Below are positions 31,171-39,998 of a stretch of DNA of 64,000 nucleotides, piece by piece. The stretch lies in assembly GCA_023484045.1 (NCBI GenBank), contig JAMDAA010000022.1, positions 4,201-68,200 of the forward strand. The letters run 5' to 3'. The first letter of the stretch is position 1. Every line of letters starts with the position of its first letter. The notes below the pieces were generated by a model. The model saw only the letters and a program-made list of their open reading frames with translations. It searched no databases and was not told where the DNA came from. The stretch is from Patescibacteria group bacterium (lineage in GTDB: Bacteria; Patescibacteriota; Microgenomatia; Levybacterales; UBA12049). The translations under genes were made by a program, and so were the position numbers.

Positions 31171-32277
31171 TTATTTCTGACTCGGGGTTTTGAGTTCGGA
31201 AAAGATTATAAAAAGGACCGATAGAAAAGGAACGGACAGAAGTGCACCCAATATTCCCATTAATTTTGTTCCGATTACAACTCCGATTATTATAATAATC
31301 GGGTTTAAGCCTACTACCTGATGCATAATTCTCGGCACTAAAACATTATTTTCCAATTGGTGGATAACAAGATACGCGATTATCACAAATATCGCAAGGT
31401 TCGGAGAAATCGTAAGCGCCAAAAGAACTGCCGGAATCGCGGAAATTATCGGTCCGATGGTTGGAATTATCTCTAAAAGTCCGGCGAGCATTGCGAGCGG
31501 CAACGCGTATTCAATTTTTAAAATTATAAGCGCGATATATGTTAAGATCCCGATCGAAAGCGACAAAAGAATTTGACCCCGCATCCACGCACCGAGTTTT
31601 TGATCGATCTGAGAAATAATCGAAGCTACTCTTTTTTGGGAGTGCTCTGAAAAAAGTTTTGCGATATTCTCCTGAATCTTTTCATAATCGAGTAATAAAT
31701 AAAAACTCACGACGATTACCGTGATCATGGAAAATATGCTCCCGAACACGGTTCCGGTTACGTCGATAACGTTTTTTCCGATATTACCGAAGCTGTTCAT
31801 ATCGGGCGATATAAATGTCCCGACTTGGGATAAATCGAGCTTTAATCCGAAGAAGTCGACTGTCTTATTCAGGTAATCAGGAAGATTCGAAAAGAAAAGC
31901 TGAATCTGGGAGACTAAAAAAGGAATAAGCGGAACAATAAATAAAAACAAAAGCGCGAGAAAGATAAGATAAGCAAGTACAACCGATATGGCTTTAGGTA
32001 TTTTTAGCTTTCTGATAAGCGCCGACAGCGGGAAAATACTGACCGCGATTATATAAGCAATAAAAAGATCGACCAATATATTTCGGATCGAAAACACAAA
32101 CCATCCGAGCGCGATCAGAAAAACCGCAAATATAACCTGACTTTTCATTAAATATCTAAAAAATCCGCTGAGCATGGTTATATTATAACGAATCGGCCAG
32201 TAAACATCAAAAAGTAAATCTCGTAAGATTAAAGGATTTTCGGTGGATTTTAGACAAGCCGTATTTTTTAATCGCAT
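31171..32277 (-). CDS. AI-2E (PerM) family transporter; real start probably downstream
   Basis: WMRGQ, IPTIGP, QLENNVLVPRI, GILGALLSVP. Confidence 0.9.
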   Translation of the reverse strand: MRLKNTACLKSTENPLILRDLLFDVYWPIRYNITMLSGFFRYLMKSQVIFAVFLIALGWFVFSIRNILVDLFIAYIIAVSIFPLSALIRKLKIPKAISVVLAYLIFLALLFLFIVPLIPFLVSQIQLFFSNLPDYLNKTVDFFGLKLDLSQVGTFISPDMNSFGNIGKNVIDVTGTVFGSIFSMITVIVVSFYLLLDYEKIQENIAKLFSEHSQKRVASIISQIDQKLGAWMRGQILLSLSIGILTYIALIILKIEYALPLAMLAGLLEIIPTIGPIISAIPAVLLALTISPNLAIFVIIAYLVIHQLENNVLVPRIMHQVVGLNPIIIIIGVVIGTKLMGILGALLSVPFLSVLFIIFSELKTPSQK

Positions 32278-33001
32278 TTTGGTGTTCTTTTGTCCCGTAA
32301 CCCTTGTTTTTTGAGAAATGATAATTCGGATATTTTTTATGGAGTAGCTTCATCAAGGAATCGCGGTGAACCTTTGCGATTATCGAAGACGCGGCGATCG
32401 AGACACATTTTTGGTCTCCTTTTATAATCGCTTTTTGATTTTTGAGTCCGATCTCTTTAATATATTTAATGTGAAAACCGTCGACCAAAACAAAACAATT
32501 TTGTTTTGGAATTTCCAATTTCCAATTTCCAATTTCCAATTCACCAGAAGTTTGTTTTATTTTTTTATTTCTTGATATTTGAAAGATGATACTTTTAACT
32601 GCCTTTCTAAATCCGATCGCCGTCGCTTTTCCGATCCCGTATTTGTTGATTATTGATACGGGAGTTGTCGCGATCGAGTAAATAAATTCTTTTTTTATCT
32701 CTTTTGCGAGCACTTTTCTTTTATTCGGCCTTATTTTTTTTGAATCATTTATTTCTGTAAGTAGTATCCTTTTAGCCTCGCAAGGCGTCGCCTTGCAAAA
32801 AGACTCCTTGTCGAGTGCAACCGCACCGACGACGACCGGTCCAGCAAACGCTCCCCTTCCGACTTCATCTAATCCGATTATCAGGTTGTAGCCTTTTTTA
32901 AAAGCGTTTTTTTCTTCGTTTAGATTGGGGTATTTCACGTCCAAATTATAGCATTTACAATACAATTTTAAATTGACATCGGGATTTTTATTTGTTAGCA
33001 T
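32207..33001 (-). CDS. rnhB: Ribonuclease HII with two repeat-derived insertions
   Basis: GLDEVGRG, DSKK, LVDG, KGD..SIAASSIIAKV, KGYGT. Confidence 0.95.
   Translation of the reverse strand: MLTNKNPDVNLKLYCKCYNLDVKYPNLNEEKNAFKKGYNLIIGLDEVGRGAFAGPVVVGAVALDKESFCKATPCEAKRILLTEINDSKKIRPNKRKVLAKEIKKEFIYSIATTPVSIINKYGIGKATAIGFRKAVKSIIFQISRNKKIKQTSGELEIGNWKLEIPKQNCFVLVDGFHIKYIKEIGLKNQKAIIKGDQKCVSIAASSIIAKVHRDSLMKLLHKKYPNYHFSKNKGYGTKEHQNAIKKYGLSKIHRKSFNLTRFTF
32510..32541. repeat. Heptamer tandem repeat (AATTTCC)4 inside rnhB
   Basis: Read directly; encodes ELEIGNWKLEIP. Confidence 0.9.
32771..32810. repeat. RAYT-type REP doublet in frame inside rnhB
   Basis: caaggcgtcgccttgcaaaaagact matches the reverse complement of 26141-26164. 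Confidence 0.75.
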
Positions 33002-33432
33002 TTATCCAATGCTGGATAAATGCTAATATGAAATCTTTGATTCGAAACACGATCGTAAATTCGCTTTCCCTTTTGGCCTTGACCCAGCTTTTGGCCGGTG
33101 TAAAAATCGAAGGAGGAACACTAACGTATTTGATCGGCGGCATCGCGCTTTCGTTAATGATCTTTTTACTTAAGCCTTTGTTAAATCTCTTAGCGTTACC
33201 TTTAAATTTTATAACGTTTGGCACGTTTTCTTTTTTTATAAACGTGATTATTCTTTATCTATTGACAGTCGCGATCCCTCAAATTACAATTTCGGCATTT
33301 ACATTTAAGGGTGAATCTTTTATGGGTTTTGTTATCCCAAAAATTTCAGTTAACGCGTTTTTTGCGTACATCATTTCATCGGCTGTTTTATCATTCGTAG
33401 CATCACTCGTAAATTGGCTTATCAAAAAATAA
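32992..33432 (+). CDS. 4TM phage-holin-family (YvlD-like) membrane protein
   Basis: LKPLLNLLALPLNFITFG motif; start probably ATG 33028. Confidence 0.8.
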   Translation: MLAFIQCWINANMKSLIRNTIVNSLSLLALTQLLAGVKIEGGTLTYLIGGIALSLMIFLLKPLLNLLALPLNFITFGTFSFFINVIILYLLTVAIPQITISAFTFKGESFMGFVIPKISVNAFFAYIISSAVLSFVASLVNWLIKK

Positions 33433-33435
33433 AAT

Positions 33436-34392
33436 ATGAAAACTAACAAAAAGATTGTGTGTCTAGGCGGTGGCATCGGTACAGTAAATTTAATAAAGGG
33501 ACTAAAAGAATATACAGATAATATAACCGTAGTTGTTTCGATGGCCGATGATGGAGGATCGGCCGGGAGACTGCGTAGGTTTTTCGGTGTTCCACCACCC
33601 GGAGATTTAGTAAGCTGTATCGCGGCGATGTCAGAAGCAGACAAAGAAATGAAAAGCCTTTTGACGTATCGATTTAACGGAAATCGGTACGGGTCGGATC
33701 ACACGCTTGCGGGTCACAAACTCGGAAATCTCATTTTGGTCGCGCTGACCTCGATCACAGGAAGTTTTAATAAAGCGGTTTCTGAAATGCAACGGATTTT
33801 TAACGCACAGGGTAAAATTCTCCCGTCGACAGACGAAAATATTTCGATATGGGCTAAAACATCGGTCGGAGAAAAGGTTTACCGCGAAGAGAACATCGAT
33901 CTTGGTAAATTTACGGGAAGGATCGACCGGTTATATCTTAAACCGAGTAGTCCGACGGCACCGAAAGAAGTTATTTCAGCACTTTTGGATGCGGACGCGA
34001 TTATCGCAGGCCCCGGAGATTTATACACAACCATTATGCCGACCCTTTTAGTTCCGAGTATTTTAAGCGCGATTAAGACGTCAAATGTCAAGAAGATTTT
34101 TGTCGTAAACGTAACGAATAAAGTATTCGAAACTCCGGAGTTTCGAATTGATGATTACGTTAACGCGATCATTAAACATTGTAAATCAAGAGTGTTTGAA
34201 TACTTTTTGGTAAACAATAATTTTAAATCCAAAATTCCGGCCAAATATAAATATCAATATGACTATGTCCCGATTAACGGAGTGACAGAAAATCTCAGAG
34301 ATAAAATTATAAAAGAAGACCTTATCGACGAAAATTTTCCCCTCTATCACGATTCAGAAAAGCTTGCCAAGGCGATTGTAAAAAGTATATAA
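33436..34392 (+). CDS. yvcK: YvcK/CofD-like (GlmR) protein
   Basis: GGGIG, DDGGSAG, PPGD, GHKLGN, GPG. Confidence 0.9.
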   Translation: MKTNKKIVCLGGGIGTVNLIKGLKEYTDNITVVVSMADDGGSAGRLRRFFGVPPPGDLVSCIAAMSEADKEMKSLLTYRFNGNRYGSDHTLAGHKLGNLILVALTSITGSFNKAVSEMQRIFNAQGKILPSTDENISIWAKTSVGEKVYREENIDLGKFTGRIDRLYLKPSSPTAPKEVISALLDADAIIAGPGDLYTTIMPTLLVPSILSAIKTSNVKKIFVVNVTNKVFETPEFRIDDYVNAIIKHCKSRVFEYFLVNNNFKSKIPAKYKYQYDYVPINGVTENLRDKIIKEDLIDENFPLYHDSEKLAKAIVKSI

Positions 34393-34400
34393 TAAAGCCT

Positions 34401-34613
34401 GTGATACTCACGATATTTCAAATAGTAATCGCGGTTTTGCTTATCGGCGCAATTTTACTACAAATGCAGGGAAGCGGGTTGTCGACGGCGTTTGGAGGAA
34501 GCGGTGAATTTTACAGAAGCAAAAGAAGTGTGGAAAAACTACTCGTTTGGGTTACGATAATTTTGGCAACCCTCTTTGCGGTTTTATCAATTATTCAGCT
34601 TGTTCCTCGATAA
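34401..34613 (+). CDS. secG: Preprotein translocase subunit SecG
   Basis: ILLQ..GLSTAFGG, two TM segments. Confidence 0.9.
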   Translation: MILTIFQIVIAVLLIGAILLQMQGSGLSTAFGGSGEFYRSKRSVEKLLVWVTIILATLFAVLSIIQLVPR

Positions 34614-34622
34614 CGTCGTACT

Positions 34623-35978
34623 ATGGTCGTTATAAGAAAAAGACTTGTTTACTGGCTCGTAAGAGAGTACATCAAGAAATGGGGGAAAAGAATTCTCTTA
34701 TTTTTCTTTTTGGGTCTCGGATTTTTTTTTATTCTTAGTCTAGTTCTTCCGACAATAATCGCAAAAATTCCTGCAGGGCAGAAGGAATCGATCGGAATCG
34801 TCGGATCTTACACAACCGATAATCTTCCCGATACCATTTTAAATGATATTTCAAACGGTTTAACGAAGGTAGAAGATAATGCGACACCTAGGCCAGCGCT
34901 CGCAAAATCGTGGAAGGTTCACGAAAATGGAATGGGCTATATATTCAAATTAAGAGAAGATATTACGTTCTCCGACGGAACAAAATTTACATCGAAAGAC
35001 ATCGACTATAAGTTTAAAGACGTCACTGTTTACAAGCCCGACGATTACACGATCGCGTTTAAATTAAAAGAAGAATACGCTCCTTTTCTAACGACCGTGT
35101 CTGCGCCGATTTTTAAAAAAGGGTATGTTGGCACAGGTGAATATTCGATAAAAGACGTCCAGTTGAACGGAAATTTTATTGAATCTATAACATTAGCGTC
35201 GCGGAAAAACAAGTTTAAAATAAGAAAGTATCAATTTTATCCATCTATGGATGCTATAAAGACAGCGTATTCGCTCGGTGAAGTTTCTAGGATTATCGGA
35301 ATATCGAATCCGTATTTTAAAGACAGGTCACTCGGATTATTTCCAAACACAAACGTAAAGAAAAATGTCGATTATTCAAAATTAATAACAATTTTTTATA
35401 ACACCCAAGACAAGGTTTTGTCGGACAAAAAAATAAGAACAGGTCTTTCCTACGCTGTCTCCGACAAATTTGAGTATGGAGAAAGGGCGTACGGGCCGTA
35501 TCCTCCTGTTTCTTGGGCAAACAGGCCAGAAAACGCAGAACACATCCAAGATTTAGAACACTCAAGATTATTATTGTCCGCGGCGAACGAATCCGGAAAA
35601 GAAAAAATACAGGTCGATATGAAGGTATTCCCGAAATACAAAAAAATCGCCGAGGATATCGCCAAAGCCTGGAAAGAAGTCAATGTGGATACTAAAATCG
35701 AAGAAGTAAACTCTTTTCCACCTGTCTTTCAAGTTTTTTTGGGCGACTTTAATGTACCAGAAGATCCGGATCAATACACCCTTTGGCATTCCGATCAGGC
35801 AAACAATATATCCAATTATAAAAACCTGAGAATAGATAAACTTTTAGAAGACGGAAGAAAAACATTCGATGCAGAGAAGCGTAAAAAGATTTATTCCGAT
35901 TTTCAAAAATATCTGATCGACGATCAACCCGCGACGTTTCTTTACTTTCCTTACGAATATGTGATCCAACGAAAATGA
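34623..35978 (+). CDS. ABC transporter substrate-binding protein, family 5
   Basis: LAKSW, FKLR..FSDG, GTGEY, WHS..N. Confidence 0.85.
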   Translation: MVVIRKRLVYWLVREYIKKWGKRILLFFFLGLGFFFILSLVLPTIIAKIPAGQKESIGIVGSYTTDNLPDTILNDISNGLTKVEDNATPRPALAKSWKVHENGMGYIFKLREDITFSDGTKFTSKDIDYKFKDVTVYKPDDYTIAFKLKEEYAPFLTTVSAPIFKKGYVGTGEYSIKDVQLNGNFIESITLASRKNKFKIRKYQFYPSMDAIKTAYSLGEVSRIIGISNPYFKDRSLGLFPNTNVKKNVDYSKLITIFYNTQDKVLSDKKIRTGLSYAVSDKFEYGERAYGPYPPVSWANRPENAEHIQDLEHSRLLLSAANESGKEKIQVDMKVFPKYKKIAEDIAKAWKEVNVDTKIEEVNSFPPVFQVFLGDFNVPEDPDQYTLWHSDQANNISNYKNLRIDKLLEDGRKTFDAEKRKKIYSDFQKYLIDDQPATFLYFPYEYVIQRK

Positions 35979-36925
35979 GAAAAGATAGTGCGTCTTAGTT
36001 TTTTTAGCGACTTTTCCCGGATCTGTTTCACTCTTTCACCGGTTATTCCAAATTCGTGTCCAATTTCATCGGGCGTAAATTCTCTTCCATAAAATCCAAA
36101 AATCATTTTTATTATCTCTCTATCTCGACCTCTTAAATAAGATAGTAGATCCTCGACGTTGTCTCTTTGTTCATTCTTGGTTACCTCATCAAGAACAACA
36201 TCGCGATCATTATCTGCTCCCGTTAAAATAGCCTCGTTCAAAGCGCTAATTCTATAGTTAATATATTTTTTTATTTCTGCTTCCGGAACTCGAGTTTCCC
36301 ATGCAATCTGTCCGGTGAAATCATCAATATCTTTCTTTGTTAAGCTTTGCGCATCTTTATTAAGTTGATCATCCGATTCATCCACAGCAGTATTGTAAAA
36401 GGGATGTTCCGCAAGATTAAGTGGGCTATTATCTCTACTCGATAAATACGACGCTATCGCGAGTTTGGCAGAAACATATACTTGAATAACAATCGGTGCG
36501 TTAGGATTTAGTTTTCTACTCTTTTCTGTTATTGCTACGACTGCCGACATTACCATCTCGTCGCGTTCTTGAGGATCTTCATCATCAGCTTTATGAAAAT
36601 AATCTACTGCGCTTAAAAACGTCCTGAGATTTAAAAGTAAAAATGATTTGACTCCTTTATCTACGGTGTTTTTGTCTGTGCTCTCGAGTGTTTCCAATGC
36701 GGTTATTCGCGCTTGGGCCGGAATTTTTCCCGGTAAAATTTCGACGACTTTTTTGAACAGATCATAAATCCCGATATTTGGATTATCGTTGTAGGCCTCG
36801 AAAGTTTTATCCCAAATACTGCTCATTTGTTCAACATCTGGTTTACTCAAAACCCTTCTTACTAGGTTTTGAGTGCTCGATTCTTGACCTGTTACTTCTC
36901 CAATGCCTCTTTCTGGACTACTCAT
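35951..36925 (-). CDS. Divergent sigma70-like protein (intact region 4)
   Basis: RDREIIKMIFG..EIGHEFGITGERVKQIREKSLKKLR. Confidence 0.7.
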   Translation of the reverse strand: MSSPERGIGEVTGQESSTQNLVRRVLSKPDVEQMSSIWDKTFEAYNDNPNIGIYDLFKKVVEILPGKIPAQARITALETLESTDKNTVDKGVKSFLLLNLRTFLSAVDYFHKADDEDPQERDEMVMSAVVAITEKSRKLNPNAPIVIQVYVSAKLAIASYLSSRDNSPLNLAEHPFYNTAVDESDDQLNKDAQSLTKKDIDDFTGQIAWETRVPEAEIKKYINYRISALNEAILTGADNDRDVVLDEVTKNEQRDNVEDLLSYLRGRDREIIKMIFGFYGREFTPDEIGHEFGITGERVKQIREKSLKKLRRTIFSHFRWITYS

Positions 36926-36969
36926 TTTAGGATTATATAATACTATAAGTTTTAATTCAAGTAGAATAC

Positions 36970-38241
36970 TTAAATCTGGATCGATTTTGATCGAAGTTTT
37001 CTGTGGTATGTGATTGCAAATCTGTGACTTTCGTCACGAATCCGCATAAGAAGTTTTAGAGCGTTCCCGTTTCGCGCTAAAGTTATTTCGGAAAATTCGG
37101 GTGTTACGATCGTCTCAAGTCTTTTTGCGAGTCCGATAAGCGGAATTTTTTTCTTTACGGTTTCCATCGCTTCTAAAGCCGCCGATACTTGATTTTTTCC
37201 GCCGTCGACGACGATTAAGTCCGGAAATTCCCAGTCATCACGTTTCAATCTCCTGATTAATATTTCTTTCATCATCGCAAAGTCGTTCGGATGACCATCG
37301 ATTCTAATCCGGAATCTACGGTAAGACGAAGTATCCTTTTCGCCAAGGGTGAACACGACCATCGACCCGGTCGAAAATTTTCCAGATATGTTTGACACAT
37401 CAAAACACTCGATTCTGTCGAGTTTTTTAACCGCAAGTTCCATTTTTTGGAGTTCGTTAAAAAGCGAACCGAGCTCGATCTTTCTTAAATCGTAACTTAA
37501 GTTCGGGTTCAATTCATATTCGAAAGGTCTATGGATCGGACTTGTCACAACTTTTACGGCGTCAATCTTTTTTTGAATCGATTTTGCATTTTCATAGTCC
37601 TCATTTTTACTGAATCCATCTCTCTCTTTTTCGAGATTCTTTATAATCTTATTGATATCCCCTTTTAGAAATTGAATAATATATCTAATGTTTTTCTTGT
37701 ACGTTGTTATCTCTCCTGTAACCTCGGGACACGGACAAAGACCCAGGTGATTGTAAAAACATATTTTAGATGAGTGATTAATAACGGACTGAAACGGAAA
37801 TATTCTTCGAATTGTTCTTAAAACAAGTCTCATGGCGCCGGGATTCGGATACGGACCAAAATACAAAGAGTTTCTGTCGTCTTCATTTCTCGACGTGAGA
37901 ATTTTTGGAGCATTATCCTTTATGGTAATCCGTATAAGAGGATATGCCTTTTTGTCGATAAGTTTTACATTATACTCAGGCAGAAACTTTTTAATGTAAT
38001 GTGCTTCAAGCAGTAGCGATTCGAGCTCTGACTGTGTTTTGATAATCCTGATCTTTTCGATCCGCGATATGAGTTGCGCGGTCTTTTGCTCGGTATTTAT
38101 ACCTTTTGTAAAATACGATGAAACCCGGTTTTTAAGGTTTTTCGCCTTCCCCACGTAAATCACTTTCCTTTTTTCGTCCAAAAAAAGATATACGCCTGGT
38201 TCTTGCGGCAATAACAAATATGAAGATGATAAATATTCCAA
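36970..38241 (-). CDS. uvrC: Excinuclease ABC subunit C (short, no HhH tail)
   Basis: GIY-YIG (PGVY..YVGKA), UVR domain, RIECFDVS, DGG, RDESHRF. Confidence 0.93.
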   Translation of the reverse strand: MEYLSSSYLLLPQEPGVYLFLDEKRKVIYVGKAKNLKNRVSSYFTKGINTEQKTAQLISRIEKIRIIKTQSELESLLLEAHYIKKFLPEYNVKLIDKKAYPLIRITIKDNAPKILTSRNEDDRNSLYFGPYPNPGAMRLVLRTIRRIFPFQSVINHSSKICFYNHLGLCPCPEVTGEITTYKKNIRYIIQFLKGDINKIIKNLEKERDGFSKNEDYENAKSIQKKIDAVKVVTSPIHRPFEYELNPNLSYDLRKIELGSLFNELQKMELAVKKLDRIECFDVSNISGKFSTGSMVVFTLGEKDTSSYRRFRIRIDGHPNDFAMMKEILIRRLKRDDWEFPDLIVVDGGKNQVSAALEAMETVKKKIPLIGLAKRLETIVTPEFSEITLARNGNALKLLMRIRDESHRFAITYHRKLRSKSIQI

Positions 38242-39988
38242 TTAGAATACCTCCTAATATTACTAAACTGCTTAAGTACAGCGGAGAAATATTAATACTT
38301 GCAGTAATTTCCCGTCCCTGAGCTGTTATTCTAACTAATGCCTTTCTGTTTGTCAAAAAGGATGTTTTGTCGAACGTTATTTTTTTTGTTTCGTATCCAA
38401 ACGGAGGGATTCGGGAAAATGACAAGATTTGCTTACCCGGCGATAAAAAATCGGACGAGACATTAACGGTTTGAGAATCGAGAAGTTCCTGGCTCGTATT
38501 TTTAATCGTGATCTCGCCTTTTATCGGCAGATTAGACGGTACGGATTTTGGAATATCGGTCGAGATTTCAAAATTTTGGTTATGCGAAGGTTTTATCAGC
38601 GAAAAGTCGACGTTAACGTCTTTTGTGTTTTCTCTTCCCGGCAGTTTATATCCGCCTGCCGGAACCGGATAATTACTGTCCTGTCCTTTAACGATAAAAG
38701 CGACATGGTCAAAATCTAAAACATTAAAATAATCGACTCCCCCGGTCGTGTTTCCCCAAGTCGGGTCGACCATAACCCACGTTTCTAAATTTTTATCATA
38801 ATACTCGGGCCACGCGTGAAGAATGTCTTTTAAAAGAGAGAGAGGTCTCTGTTTTGAGTTTACTGTGTTTGCGTATCCGTCGATTTCGCGGGCCGGAATC
38901 CCTGCCGCCCGGGATAGTGCGACAAAAAGATCTGTGAACTCGAGGCAAACTGCTGATGAAGGATCGGAGAGAGTATTAAGCGCGCCGAGTCTTGATTTAT
39001 TTTGAGTGACTCTTGAAAAATCGTATTTTAAATTATTAATAACGTAGTTGTAGATTGCCTCCGGCGTTTTTAATTTTTCCGCCAACTGTTTTATTTTCGG
39101 GTTTGACGATTGCCAATAGTTTCTTTCCTCAAGGTATAGAGCTACTTCTCTATCCGTAATCTTTTGTTTTTTGGGATACAGGGAAACTTTGACCTTTCCT
39201 TTTACCGTAATATTCATTTTTTGCGTCGGCGCGAGCCTGTATTGCGCGAGCCAATTTCCGTCAGTATCTTCTGTAACGTTAATAGGTTTCGGATTTATAT
39301 CTTCGATAAAAACATCCTGATAATTGGTCGACGGGGGTATCGCGATTTCGGTTTTTACCGGAAAAATGTTTGTGTTGCCGATATAATAGGTAAGATTGAA
39401 ATCGTAAACTTGAAAATCCCCAAACGCGATTGAGATTCCCGATTTTCCGAGCTGTTCCTTGGTAAAATATAATTTGTTGTTTGCTTGGCGGGGTTTTATG
39501 TATGTCGGGTCTCCGAAACTTTGGGGAACGATTACATTAACGTTGAAATCAGAAAAATCGTTTTTGGGAGAAAGTCCCGGAATATTTATTTCCCAAATGC
39601 TACCGAGTTTATACGCGATGTCTTTTGTGTCAAAAGTTAGATTAAAATTTAAAACATTATTTTCTCCGATAACGCGCTTGTTAAACGTAACGTCGATTTT
39701 ATTTCCCTCATCGGTTTTTGTGACAACGGGCAAAATCGGTCCGTTCGGATCGTACGCTTTTATATTTCGGATGTCGCTGAATCCGAGTTCGATCGTATAA
39801 GAGGAAGCGTAAAATTGGGCAGATTTGTTTTTAATCGCGATATTAAAATTAGCATTTGTGTTGCCGTCGTTTGTTACGGTGTACGTTACGTCGTAAGAAG
39901 TGTTAAAATTATCAGCGGAAAAAACGGGTTTTGGAAAAAGAGTAAAAAAAATAAAAAAAGTAAGACAGATACTAAACAGTTTTTTCAT
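38132..39988 (-). CDS. Secreted or membrane-anchored transglutaminase-like protein
   Basis: Signal peptide, VCLEF, HAWPE, DPTW triad, C-terminal TM. Confidence 0.85.
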   Translation of the reverse strand: MKKLFSICLTFFIFFTLFPKPVFSADNFNTSYDVTYTVTNDGNTNANFNIAIKNKSAQFYASSYTIELGFSDIRNIKAYDPNGPILPVVTKTDEGNKIDVTFNKRVIGENNVLNFNLTFDTKDIAYKLGSIWEINIPGLSPKNDFSDFNVNVIVPQSFGDPTYIKPRQANNKLYFTKEQLGKSGISIAFGDFQVYDFNLTYYIGNTNIFPVKTEIAIPPSTNYQDVFIEDINPKPINVTEDTDGNWLAQYRLAPTQKMNITVKGKVKVSLYPKKQKITDREVALYLEERNYWQSSNPKIKQLAEKLKTPEAIYNYVINNLKYDFSRVTQNKSRLGALNTLSDPSSAVCLEFTDLFVALSRAAGIPAREIDGYANTVNSKQRPLSLLKDILHAWPEYYDKNLETWVMVDPTWGNTTGGVDYFNVLDFDHVAFIVKGQDSNYPVPAGGYKLPGRENTKDVNVDFSLIKPSHNQNFEISTDIPKSVPSNLPIKGEITIKNTSQELLDSQTVNVSSDFLSPGKQILSFSRIPPFGYETKKITFDKTSFLTNRKALVRITAQGREITASINISPLYLSSLVILGGILIGIFIIFIFVIAARTRRISFFGRKKESDLRGEGEKP

Positions 39989-39998
39989 CCGTATAGAT

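Noticed and set aside
32992-33432. Holin as evidence of a prophage
   Set aside because: Housekeeping context (yvcK, secG) and no phage structural genes
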